DNA of 64,000 nucleotides. Source: Squalus acanthias. Its lineage: Eukaryota. The DNA lies in the NCBI GenBank assembly GCA_030390025.1, contig CM059432.1:6758001-6822000 (forward strand), given 5' to 3'. This document shows positions 22,447 through 34,136 of the stretch, in pieces (position 1 is the stretch's first letter; every line of letters starts with the position of its first letter). The notes below the pieces were generated by a model that was not told the origin of the DNA, ran no database searches, and was given only the letters and a program-made list of their open reading frames with translations. The translations under genes were made by a program, and so were the position numbers.

Positions 22447-23590
22447 ATTTTTTTTGTCTTCGTTCATGGGATGTGGGCGTCGCTGGCAAGGCCAGCATTT
22501 ATTGCCCATCCCTAGTTCCCCTTGAGAAGGTGGTGGTGAACCGCCTTCTTGAACCGTTGCAGTCCGTGTGGTGAAGGTGCTCCCACAGTGCTGTTAGGGA
22601 GGGTGTTCCAGGAATTTGACCCAGCGACGATGAAGGAACGGCGATATATTTCCAAGTCAGGATGGTGTGTGACTTGGAGGGGAACTTGGAGATGATGGTA
22701 TTCTCGTGCACCTGCTACCCTTGTCCTTCTAAGTGGTACAGGTCGCCAGTTTGGGAGGTGCTGTCGAAGAAGCCTTGGCGATTTGTTGCAGTGCATCTTG
22801 TAGTTGGTACACACTGCAGCCACGGTACGCTGGTGGTGGAGAGAGTGAATATTTAAGGTGGTGGATGAGCTGCCAATCAAGTGGGCTGCTTTGTCTTGGA
22901 TGGTGTCGAGCTTCTTGAGTGTTGTTGAAGCTGCATTCATCCAGGCAAGTGGAGCGTATTCCATCACACTCCTGACTTGTGCCTTGTAGATGTTGGAAAG
23001 GCTTTGGGGAGTCGGGAAGTGCGACACTCGCCGCAGAATACCCAGCCTCCTTCCTGCTCTTGTTGCCACAGTATTTATGTGGCTGGTCCAGTTAAGTTCC
23101 TGGTCAATGGTGACCCCCAGGATGATGATGGTGGTGGATTCGGCGATGGTAATACTGTTGAATGTGAAGGGGCGGTGGTTAGACGCTCACTTGTTGGAGG
23201 GAGACACTTGTGTGGTGCGAATGTTACCTGCCACTTATCAGCCCAAGCCTGAATCTTGTCCAGGTCTTGCTGCATGTGGACATGGACTGCTTCATTATCT
23301 GAGGAGTTGGGAATGGCACTGAACACTCTGCAGTCATCAGCGAACATCCCCACTACTGACCTTATGATGGAGGGAAGGTCATTAATGAAGCAGCTGAAAA
23401 TGTTTGGGCATAGGAAATTGCCCTGAGGAACTCCTGCAGCGATGTCCTGGGGCTGTGATGATTGACTTCCAACCACCACAACCATCTTCCTTTGTTCTAG
23501 GTATGACAACAGCCAGTGGAGAGTTTTCCCCCCCCCGATTCCCAGTTACTTCAGTTTTACTCGGGCTCCTTGATGCCACACTCGGTCAAA
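22447..23590 (-). mobile_element. Family B LINE 3' portion
   Basis: GVPQG, FINDL, FADD, YKAQVRSVMEY; tail ...GCCCACATCCCATGAA-polyA. Confidence 0.88.
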
Positions 23591-23597
23591 GGACAGT

Positions 23598-24618
23598 GAT
23601 GAGGATCTCTGCCTCTACCACCCTTTCAGGCAGTGAGTTCCATACCCCCACCACCCTCTGGGTGAAAAACTTTCTCCTCAAATCCCCTCTAAACCTCCAA
23701 CCAATTACTTTAAATCTATGCCCCTTGGTTATTGACCCTTCTGCTAAGGGAAATAGGTCCTTCCTATTCACTCTATCTAGGCCCCTCAATTAGGTTTCCC
23801 CTCAGCCTCCTCTGTTCCAAAGAAAACAACACCAGCCTATCCAATCTTTCCTCATAGCTAAAATTCCCCAGCCTAGGCAACATCCTTGGAAATCTCCTCT
23901 GCACGCCCTCTTGTGCAATCATATCCTTCCTGTAATGTGGTGACCAGAACTGCACGCAGTATTCTAGCTGTGGCCTAACTAGTGTTTTATACAGATCAAG
24001 CATAACCTTTCTGCTCTTATATTCTATGCCTCGGCTAATAAAGGCAAGTATCCCGTATACCTTCTTAACCACCTTATCTACCTGTCCTGCTACCTTCAGG
24101 GATCTGTGGACATTCATTCCAAGGTCCCTCTGATCCTCTGCACTTCTCAGTGTCCTACCATTTATGGTGTATTCCCTTGCCTTGTTGGACCTCCCCAAAT
24201 GTATTACCTCACACTTCTCCGGATTGAATTCGATTTGCCACTATTCTGCCCACCTGACCAGTCCATTCATATCTTCCTGCAGTCTGCAGCTTTCTTCTTT
24301 ATTGTCAACCACACGGCCAATTTTTGTATCTGCAAACTTCTTAATCATACTTCCTACATTCAAGTCCAAATCATTGATATAACCACAAAAAGCAAAGGAC
24401 CCAGTACTGAGCCCTGCGGAACCCCACTGGAAACAGCCTTCCAGTCACAGAAACACCCTTCGACCATTGCCCTTTGTTTTCTGCCTCTGAGCCAATTTTG
24501 GATCCAACTTGCTACTTTGCCTTGGATCTCATGGGCTTTTACTTTCGTGACCAGTCTGCCATGCGGGACCTTATCAAAAGTCTTGCTAAAATCCAGATAG
24601 ACTACATCAAATGCACTA
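23598..24618 (-). mobile_element. CR1 RT fragment
   Basis: ORFs 23586-23789 and 23773-24198 (LVRPQLEYCVQFWSP). Confidence 0.88.
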
Positions 24619-24912
24619 GGGTGGGAGACAGAAGAGATTAAATGACAAAAGGGATGATGGTGTGAGGCAAAAGGAGATGGTAATGGATAAGTAAAGAAAC
24701 AAAAGATGGGTCGAGAAGAGGTATAAATGGGAAAAGCCGAATCATCAACAGCTGCTGTCCGAAAAAATGGGGGCAGAGGTTATGGTCTGAAATTGTTGAA
24801 CTCAAAGTTGAGTCCGGAAGGTTGTAAGGTGCCTAATCGAAAGATGAGGTGCTGTTCCTCGAGCTTACGTTGAGCTTCATTGGAACAGTGTAGGAGGCCA
24901 AGGACAGAGAAA
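24619..24912 (-). mobile_element. Penelope-like element 3' fragment
   Basis: RKLEEQHLIFRLGTLQPSGLN, matching 35150-35250. Confidence 0.85.
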
Positions 24913-25411
24913 AGTCCCCCACTTACACTCTTCTCCCTATCTCTCCCCAACGGTGGGAAATTATATACAAAAATCCTACACTTCATGCTCAAATTTTCTG
25001 AAACCTTCCTATGAAAGTCTCAGCAATTTGAAATTAATGCTCAGAAGTTTTTTTCATGCATACAGGGACAAAGAATAAAAAAGAAATGTTTTAAATAATG
25101 TTCCAATTACTTATTAATTTTCAGGAAATCCCCCAGCAGTTCTTTGACAACAGACTTAAACAAGTACAGCTAACATTTATGTATATGATTCCCAAACTAA
25201 AATATTATACGTGTTTAAAAAAAAAGTTGAAGTAAAAGCACCTGTTTCTTATGACAACTCATGAATAAAGCTCCCAGAAAATCATGGCTGCAATTTTTTC
25301 ATGGAATCCGTTGCCAGTTTTCTCCGGGATCCAACTCTGACAAGAATTTCTAATCTCCTGATTGATTTGAAATTAGGAATTCCCATCCATAGCTTGAAAC
25401 TTTTCTCATTT

Positions 25412-25515
25412 GAGGAGGGAAGAGGGAAGGAAGGAAGGGAGGAGGGAGGGAGGGAAGGAAGGAGGAGGGATGGAGGGAAGGAAGAAAGGGAGGGAGGAGG
25501 GAAGGAAGGAAGGAA
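25412..25515. repeat. Polypurine low-complexity repeat (GGAA/GGGA)
   Basis: Direct reading. Confidence 0.9.
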
Positions 25516-25733
25516 GATTCTAGAGAGCTTAGGAAACTAAATTAGGAAGGCACACTCTCACAGCTAAATTGAGCTTTCATTTTAGAAAAAAATAATTCAA
25601 AGGGAACATGATCCAAATTTTACCATGCTTAGAGGCAGAGATAGTACAGCCATAAGCATGCTATTTGATATGCATCATAAGCACAGAATTTATAGGGTGA
25701 GCACAAACTAAGCTTCAGTTAATCTAGATATAG

Positions 25734-25737
<4 letters not shown>

Positions 25738-25772
<35 letters not shown>
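25738..25772. repeat. (TG)n microsatellite
   Basis: Direct reading. Confidence 0.95.
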
Positions 25773-25774
<2 letters not shown>

Positions 25775-25808
25775 GGAAAATTGTACATCCTCCACTTCCT
25801 TCGATCTT

Positions 25809-26805
25809 CGGCCCCGACAACATCCCGGCTGTCGTGCTGAAGCCTTGTGCTCCAGAACTAGCTACGCCTCAAGCCAAGTTGTTCCAGTACAGCTATAACA
25901 CGGGCATCTATCCAACAATGTGGAAAATTGCCCAGGTCTGTCCTGTCCACAAAAAGCAGGACAAATCCAATCCAGCCAAATACCGCCCCATCAGTCTACT
26001 CTCAATCATCAGCAAAGTGATGGAAGGTGTCGTCGACAGTGCTATCAAGCGGCTCTTACTCACCAATAACCGGCTCACTGATGCCCAGTTTGGGTTCGCC
26101 AGGACCACTCGGCTCCAGACCTCATTACAGCCTTGGTCCAAACATGGACAAAAGAGCTGAATTCCAGAGGTGAGGTGAGAGTGACTGCCCTTGACATCAA
26201 GGCAACATTTGACCGAGTGTGGCATCAAGGAGCCCTCATAAAACTGAAGTCAATGGGAATCGGGGGAAAAATCTCCACTGGCTGGAGTCATACCTAGAAC
26301 AAAGGAATATGGTTGTGGTGGTTGGACGTCAATCATCACAGCCCCAGGACATCGCTCCTAGGCCCAACCATCTTCAGCTGCTTCATCAATGACCTTCCCT
26401 CCAACATAAGGTCAGAAATGGGGATGTTCACTGATGACTGCAGAGTGTTCAGTGCCATTCGCAACTCCTCAGATAATGAAGCAGTCCATGCCCGCATGCA
26501 GCAAGACCTGGACAACATTCAGGCTTGGGCTGATAAATGGCAGGTAACATTCGTGCCACAGAAGTGCCAGGCAATGACTATCTCCAACAAGGTGAGTCAC
26601 TCGCCACACAATACCCAGCCTCTGACCTGCTCTTGTCGGCACAGTATTTATGCGGCTGGTCCAGTTAAGTTTCTGGTCAATGGTGACCCCCAGGATATTG
26701 AATTTGACGATGGTAATGCCATTCAAGGTCAAGTGGTGGTGGTTAGACTTTCTCTTGTTGGAGATGGTCATTGCCTGGCACTTGTGTGGCATGAATGTTA
26801 CTTGC
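25809..26805 (+). mobile_element. Family B LINE RT fragment (+ strand to 26591, then an inverted piece 26592-26805)
   Basis: GPDNIP, YRPISLL, QFGF, FINDL, FTDD; orientation switch after ATCTCCAACAAG. Confidence 0.85.
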
Positions 26806-26946
26806 ATGCATAAAAATGACTCGTGGTAAATGGGAGAAAAAGCATTATGGATAATATTCTAAGTTTGGGACTGAGGCACATTGTTGAGAGCAGATTGAAT
26901 TTTACATCTAATCTGTACAATATCTGTGAGTGCTGATGCTGACATT

Positions 26947-27670
26947 GGGCCGGAATTTGCTAGCTAACTAATGGGCAGTTTAATGGCGCTCGCTGTTATT
27001 AGTGTGAAAATCGTTCCGCAACTTGTGGCGAGTTAGAGATACCCTGTGAATTGCCACAAGTTGCTTGACGATTTGTGCCACTCCGCAGTTAGCTTCGCGA
27101 AAATGGCAGCTCGCCCTCAACCTCCCCATGAGTCTCAAGAAATTGCTGCATTTGCGCATTGTTTGCCAATTATAAACTCTCCACAGAAAGTTAGGGATGG
27201 TACTTAGCAGCGTAAGTACCCTTTTAAGGACGAGATTTATGTTCCTGCGATGCCACTCAACCTCCCCAGCCCAGAAACGGAACAATTGAAACTGTGGAGT
27301 CTCATTCCTACAAGTATTAAATTGTTCCTAGAGATTTTAAAATGTTTTAAATTTTTCTTACTTTTCCTTCGTGTCTCTTTTTTCTTTCTCTTAATCCAAT
27401 CTTCTTTCCTCTCTTTTTTTCTTTCACCCTATTTCCTTCTCCGTCGTTGCTCTGTTTCTTTCTTAATCCTTCAATCTCATTGGTTCAGGAGCTATACTGT
27501 TGGTCCCGTCATTCACCAAGGTCCCAGATGGCCCATTGCCCTCGCCGCGTCATCAGCTCGCACTTCAAGCAACTTGCGGCGCAAAAAGTTTTTGAGCTGA
27601 AGTGTGAGGGAAAATGTCGAACTAACTGGGGGCGCGCCACGAAATGCCCCACTCCAGCAAAATCTGGGCT
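26947..27670. mobile_element. Harbinger-like MITE
   Basis: TIRs GGGCCGGAATTTGCT / AGCAAAATCTGGGCT; TSD ATT; collinear with 41853-43015. Confidence 0.75.
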
Positions 27671-27809
27671 ATTATTTTGTCAAAGATGAAGCAGTTCTCC
27701 ATTTCTTAGTACCAGGATAATACCAGGAACACCGGGATACCTGTATGAGCATAAAAACATTTTTTTTAAAATGCAGAGAACATGGTACAGACTGCATGGT
27801 ATGCCAGAG

Positions 27810-28290
27810 CATAAGAACATGAGACGTAGGAGCAGGAGTAGGTAATTTGGCCCCTCGAGCCTGCTCCGCCATTCAATAAGATCATGGCTGATCTGATCTT
27901 GGCCTCAACTCCACTTCTCTGCCTGCTCCCCATAGCCCTTGACTCCCTTATCGTTCAAAAATCTGTCTATCTCCATCTTAAATATATTCAATGACCCAGC
28001 CTCCACAGCTCTCTGGGGTAGAGAATTCCAAAGATTCACGACCCTCAGAGAAGAAATTCCTCCTCATTTCCGATTTAAAAGGGTGCCCCCTAGTTCTAGA
28101 TTCCCCCACGAGGAGAAACATCCTCCTGCATCTACCCTGTCAATCCCCCTTCAGAATCTTATATGTTTCAATAAGATCCCCTCTCATTCTTCTAAACTTC
28201 AATGAGTATAGGCCCAACCTGCTCAACCTTTCTTCATAAGACAACCCCTTCATCTCTGGAATCAACCTCGTGAACCTTCTCTGAACTGCC
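27810..28290 (-). mobile_element. CR1 3' end
   Basis: AVQRRFTRLIP..YEERLSRLGLYSL plus tail. Confidence 0.88.
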
Positions 28291-28627
28291 AGCTGGGTGA
28301 TGATCTCAATCACAATGTAAGTCATGGTTGGAGCCATTTATCAACAGTTTTAACTAACTTCCTCTTTTGCGTTTTGAAGGAAGTAAAACTGAAAGAATAT
28401 TCCAAAAATCATTCCCTCATCACTCGCAATGTTTAGCCAAACTGTTTCACACTGTCGGTACGTGTTCCAGTGTTCATAACCGTCTCACTGTTTTGCCCAA
28501 TGCCCCCCCCCCCCCCCGTCCTCTCTCGCAAAACCCCCATGATGTTCCTCCCTTCTCTGCTTCACAGAAGCTTCAAATGTGAACACTGAGTAGAATAAAC
28601 ATAGAGGCTACCATAGCAACAAAGTCT

Positions 28628-28770
28628 AAGAACATAAGAAATAGGAGCAGGAGTCGGCTATACGGCCCCTCAAGCCTGCTCCACCATTCAATAAGATTAT
28701 GGCTGATCATCTACCTCCGCTCCACTTTCCCACCCGATCCCCATATCCCTTGATTCCCCTAGAGTCCAAA
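28628..28770 (-). mobile_element. CR1 3' tail
   Basis: AAGAACATAAGAAATAGGAGCAGGAGT... Confidence 0.8.
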
Positions 28771-29359
28771 ATAAGAACATATATCTGTATTGGCTCAGGA
28801 TTCAGTAAAAATGTGAAGGCAGCAGTTGGGTGATTGAGTCGGAAAAATTGTTGTACAGACCGAGTAGGAAGGTGGGCCTGACTGCCATTGCACCTCCTGT
28901 CTGGCCAATTGGTCATGGCTCTGCCATAAATAGTGGATTGACCACTGTAACTTTTGATTTCCAAAACTTGGAGCATATTGGATTTTGCGGCAACTCTTTT
29001 ATATATTAACAAAAAATAAAAAATAAATAAATGGAGAAATGCAAGAAACAAAAGTGTGGATGCCATGGCGCGGCAAGAGCAGTGGTTAGAGTAACTAAAT
29101 ATGACGGAGATATCTGTGATCATGGGTGGATGCAAAACCTGAAGGGTGGAATTTAAGCTGGAAATCACGCGGAATGAGTCGGAACTGGAGATAGTTGCTG
29201 AGAAAAGAGATGTTGGTGTGAAAGCGAGTCTTAGCAAATGCATGTTCAAACAGAAGAAGTGGTGCAGGCTAATAGAGACAAAAAAATGTCTGAGAAGAGC
29301 AGAGTCTCTTCAAGGTGAAAGTACTTCGACCTAAAACAGTAACCCTAACTTTCGCCTTA

Positions 29360-29467
29360 GGAACATAGGAACAGGAGTAGGCTATTCAGCCCCTCAAGCC
29401 TGTTCTGCCATTCAATTGGCTCATGGCTGATCTGTATCTTAACTCCATTTACCTACCTTGGTTCCAT
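29360..29467 (-). mobile_element. CR1 3' tail
   Basis: GAACATAGGAACAGGAGTAGGC...; similar to 33165 and 49555. Confidence 0.75.
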
Positions 29468-29935
29468 AAGAAAGAAAGAAAGACTTGCATTTCTGTAGCG
29501 CCTTTCACGACCGCTGGACGTCCCAAAGCGCTTTACAGCCAATGAAGTACTTTTTGAAGTGTGGTCACTGTTGTAATGTGGGAAACGCAGCAGCCAATTT
29601 GCACACAGCAAGCTCCCACAAACAGCAATGTTAATGAACAGATAATCTGTTTTAGATGTTGATTGAGGGATAAATATTGGCCCAGGACACCAGGGATAAC
29701 TCCTCTGCTCTTCTTCGAAATAGTGCCATGGGATCTTTTGCGTTCATCTGCGAGGGCAGACGGGACCTCGGTTTAACGTCTCATCTGAAAGACGGCACCT
29801 CCGACAGTGCAGCGCTCCCTCAGTACTGCACTGGAGTGTCAGCCTAGATTTCTGTGCTCAAGTCTCTGGAGTGGGACTTGAACCCACAATATTCTGACTC
29901 AGAGGCGAGAGTGCTACCCACTGACCCACAGCTGC
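29468..29935 (-). mobile_element. DeuSINE (SacSINE1-like), near full length
   Basis: tRNA-like head with B-box GGTTCAAGTCCC on the minus strand, Deu-like body, (CTTT)n tail. Confidence 0.88.
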
Positions 29936-29944
29936 CACCATATC

Positions 29945-30022
29945 AATGCTGCCTGACCTGCTGAGTGTTTCCAGCATTTTCTATTTTTATTTCAGATTTC
30001 CAGCATCTGCAGTATTTTGCAT
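29945..30022 (+). mobile_element. PLE terminal-repeat fragment
   Basis: ATGCTGCCTGACCTGCTGAG...CAGTATTTTGC, as in 33685-33778. Confidence 0.8.
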
Positions 30023-30218
30023 TACTTCCTCTTAATTTAAAGTTGCTTATTTATAATTATTTGATAACTAAAATTTTAAAGCACTAAATTCCCACTTCAC
30101 GGTGTTATTTGCATTCTAGTTATTAGATAATTCAATTTTTTTTAGTGCAAAAAGTGACATAATTATCAGGAGTAGATTGAATGGGAAATTTTGATTTCCA
30201 CTTCAAAATATTGTTAAA

Positions 30219-30610
30219 AAAGAAAGACTTGGATTTATACAGCGCCTTTCACGACCTCGGGACATCCCAAAGCGCTTTACAGCCAATTAAGTACTTTTGA
30301 AGTGTAGCATTGTTGTAATGTAGGAAACACGGCAGCTATTTTGCGCACAGCAAGCTCCCACAAACAGCATTGTAATAATTACCAGACAATCTGTTTCGTG
30401 ATGTTGATTGAGGGATAAATATTGGCCAGGACACCGGGATAACTCCCCTGCACTTCTTCGAAATAGTGCCATGGAATCTTAGAGAGCAGACAGGGCCTCG
30501 TCTTATCGGAGGCGTCAGCCTAGATTTTTGTGCTCAAGTCTCTGGAGTGGGACTTGAACCCACAACCTTCTGATTCAGAGGCGAGAGTGCAACTCACTGA
30601 ACCACTGTTG
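30219..30610 (-). mobile_element. DeuSINE (SacSINE1-like), internally deleted
   Basis: Collinear with 29468-29935. Confidence 0.82.
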
Positions 30611-30769
30611 GCAGGAAAAGAGAAGTGGAGTAACCAATTTAAGTTATTCGTCAAAAAAATGACAGATTGGAAACTTGATTACACCTGTCACATAAATGGA
30701 GTCTCCAGGCGTGAGTGAAGATATTTTCAGATGCTTTCCTGACTAGTCAGCAAATTACTCCATCGAGTC

Positions 30770-31470
30770 GTTGAACCATATCGACAAGAAAGTTCCCAGG
30801 TTTGCTTCCTGGTCTGTCCCGAGTTAGCTCTTCTCAGTCAGGACGATGGTAGGGTTTCACAGTCAGCCTGAGTCTTCTGGGTCAGTTAAGAGAAAAATTG
30901 TCTCGAATTCCTCCTCTTGTTCGGTATACAGCAGCCCCGCTGGAAAGTGCAGCCTTGTGTAGGTGTTGAGGCTCAGCTACATTGACCTCATGATGAATTA
31001 GGGACTTTATTGTGTTAACTTCGATCTTATTCCAAATTGCACTGTACAATTGCAATGGGAAATTGCAATTACTTTAAAGTAATTGGTAGAAGGATTAGAG
31101 GGGAGTTGAGGAGAACTTTTTTCACCCAGAGGGTGGTGGTGGGTCTGGAACTCTCTGCCTGAAAGGGTGGTAGAGGCAGAAACCCTCATCACATTTAAAA
31201 AGTACTTGGATATGCGCTTGAAGTGCCGTAACCTACAGGGCTACGGACCAAGAGCTGGAAAGTGGGATTAGGTTGGATAGCTCTCTTTCGGCCGGCACAG
31301 ACATGATGGCCTCCTTCTGCGCCGTAAATTTCTATGAATCTGTGAATAGCCTGACCACATCCACGGGAATGCTCACACGAGGTCAGTGGCCACCTGTACG
31401 AACTTGGTACCCATGAAACTGTACCCGAGCAGGCAGTCAATGCCTTCAGGAGAGGGTCAGGGAAGGAAAG
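30770..31470 (+). mobile_element. Ancient tRNA-headed SINE (30770-30995 + 31342-31470) split by a CR1 tail insertion
   Basis: CCCAGGTTTGCTTCCTGGTCTGTCCCGAGTTAGCT head, GCTGGAAAGTGC, GCCTTCAGGAGAGG 3' end; recognised from memory only. Confidence 0.45.
31072..31340 (+). mobile_element. CR1 3' end
   Basis: Reverse complement of 31673-31955. Confidence 0.88.
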
Positions 31471-31554
31471 AAAAAAAAAAATCAGATCAGCCAAATGTAA
31501 AGTTCCCAGATTTGTTGATCACATTTGTTTGTTACTATGGAGTACACAATTACA

Positions 31555-32116
31555 CAGAGTTACATAGAACTTATAGCACAGAAACAGGCCACTTTGCCCA
31601 ACATGTCCGTGTCGGTGTCGATGCTCCACACGAGCCTCCTCTCGCTCTATCAACGTATCCTTCTATTCCTTTTCATAGAATCATAGAAATTTACTGCACA
31701 AAAGGAGGCCATTCGGCCCATCTTGTCCTTGCCGGCCGACAAAGAGCTATCCAGCCTAATCCCACTTTCCAGCTCTTGGTCCGTAGCCCTGTAGGTTACA
31801 GCACTTCAAGTGCATATCCAAGTACTTTTTAAATGTGACGAGGGTTTCTGCCTCTACCACCCTTTCAGGCAGTGAGTTCCAGACCCCCACCACCCTCTGG
31901 GTGAAAAAACTTCTCCTCAAATCCCCTCTAAACCTCCCACCAATTACTTTAAATCTCTGCCCCCTGGTTATCGACCCCTCTGCTAAGGATAATAGGTCCT
32001 TCCTATCCGCTCTATCTAGGCCCCTCATAATTTTATACACCTCAATTAGGTCTCCCCTCAGCCTCCTCTGTTCCACCTAGCCTCATGTACTTACCTAGCT
32101 TCCACTTAAATGCATC
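31555..32116 (-). mobile_element. CR1 3' end (31673-32076) nested in an older CR1 tail
   Basis: ORF 31756-32076 EQRRLRGDLIEVYKIM; flanks match the tail at 55770-55930. Confidence 0.82.
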
Positions 32117-32914
32117 AATTAACTGTATTTCATCACATAAATAGATGGGATTAAATTCCCAAAGTGGAATTCAGCAAACATCACATGAATGTGTTCATAA
32201 CGAATTGAATCAGTGATGCGGAGAAGCGCTTGGTTGGAAGTTGCTGAAACAAAAGTTACTCCTGGTGCTGTTTGTCAAGTGTAATTTTAATCTCGCTGAG
32301 ATGTGATTAGAAAACAAAAATAAATTTATTATTTGTACTTTGCAATTTTGAATAAGATCTACGTTCACACACTAAAATGGTTTCCAAAATATTCTGCACA
32401 TACTTGGAATGAGCAGGAAAGTGTCTTCAGCAAAAGCAAGAAATGTTTAGGGAGACTAACGAACCCTTTTCTATTTTTTGATAGGGTGATGGAGGTTAAA
32501 CACGAACCTTGTTCAACAATTTTATACAGTTCCTTTGGTATTGTATGCTCTTGAATGATAAAATTAATGTTTTCCTGATTTTTATGAATTATGCTGACAT
32601 CACATTCAAAATTTGCCTGAAAGAATTGGGCCCAAACATTTGAAAGAGTTGCTATTGCCCAGTGTTATGTGTTGACTTTTATTTTTTCCTCGCAAAGGAC
32701 CCTGGTGTCGAGTTTTACAACTAATGCTGTTTTTCTACACACTACATAAGATGCTGTAACAAATTGCAGCCGGTGACAATTGTAAGAAGATGTCTCATAG
32801 ATATGATCCTACTAGTGGCTGAGAGCAAATTGTACTTGGTGAAATAGGTCTGGGGTGCTCACAGCTGAAATGCAGATATTCCACATATGCACACATTGTT
32901 CAAAAAGCCTGATC

Positions 32915-33140
32915 CAACTCTGGCCTCTTATGCATCCCCGATTTCCTTCGCCTCACCATTTGCGGCCGTGCCGTCAGCTGCCTGGACCCTAAGCTCTGGA
33001 ATACTCTCCCTAAACCTTTCCGCACTCTTATCTCTTCCTCGTCCTTTAAGATGCTCCTTAAAACCCATCTCTTTCACCAAGCTTTTCGTCATCTATCCTA
33101 ATATCTCCTGATGTGGTTCGGTGTGAAATTTTGTCTGATC
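32915..33140 (+). mobile_element. L2 3' end
   Basis: CCCTAAGCTCTGGAAT..CTCCCTAAACCT, shared with 8650-8680. Confidence 0.75.
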
Positions 33141-33684
33141 TCTTTGGAACACAGGAAGGAACATTGGAACAAGAGTAGGCCATTCAGTCCCTCGAGCTTG
33201 TTAGATCCAATTAAATCATGGCTGATCTGTATCTTAACTCCATCTACCCGCCTTGGTTCCGTAACCCTTAATGCCCCTGCCTAACAAATCTATTAATTTC
33301 AGGTTTGAAATTTTCAATTGACCTCCAGCCTCAACAGCTTTTTGGACGAGAGAGTTCCTGATTTCCACTCCTCTGTGTGAAGAAGTGTTTTCTGACATCA
33401 CCCCTGAATGGCCTAACTCTAATTTTAAGGTTATGTCCTGTTGTTCTGGACTCCCCCACCAGAGGAAATAGTTTCTCTCTATCAACCCTATCAAATCCTT
33501 TGATCATCTTAAACACCTCAATTAGATCACCCCTTAATCTTCTATATGCAAGGGAATTCAAACTTAGTCTGTGCAACCTGTCCTCACAATTGAACCCTTT
33601 TAGCCCCGCTATCATTCTGGGGAATTTGCACTGCACCCCCTCAAAGGCCAATATATCGGTGCCCAGAACTGAACGCATTACTCT

Positions 33685-33778
33685 CTTTCTCTCTCCACGG
33701 ATGCTGCCTGGCCTGCTGAGTTTTTCCAGCGTTTTCTGTTGTTATTTCGGATTTCCAGCATCCGCAGTATTTTGCTAT
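33685..33778 (+). mobile_element. 94-bp PLE terminal-repeat insertion
   Basis: 11-bp TSD CGCATTACTCT (33674-33684, 33779-33789); matches 35466-35527. Confidence 0.88.
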
Positions 33779-34136
33779 CGCATTACTCTAAATGTGGTCT
33801 AGCCAGAGCTCTGTACATCTGTAACATAACTTCGACTCCCTTGTATTCCGGCCCCTTTGAGATAAAGGCCAACATTCCATTAGCCTTTTAAATTATTTTT
33901 TGCACCTGTCCACCAGCTTTTAGTGATTTCTGTACATGGACCCCTAAATCTCTCTGCTCCTTCGCAGTTCCTTGCTTCTCGCCATTTAGAAAATACGCTG
34001 ATCATTATTTCTTAAGTCCAAAGTGGATGACCTCACACTTCCCGGACATTGAACTCCATCTCCCACAGTTTTGCCCACTCATTTAATCTACCAGTTTCCC
34101 ATTGCAACTTTCTGCTCCCATCTACACTATATACTA

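Noticed and set aside
28607..28620. RFX X-box-like GCTACCATAGCAAC
   Set aside because: Single imperfect motif with no promoter context.
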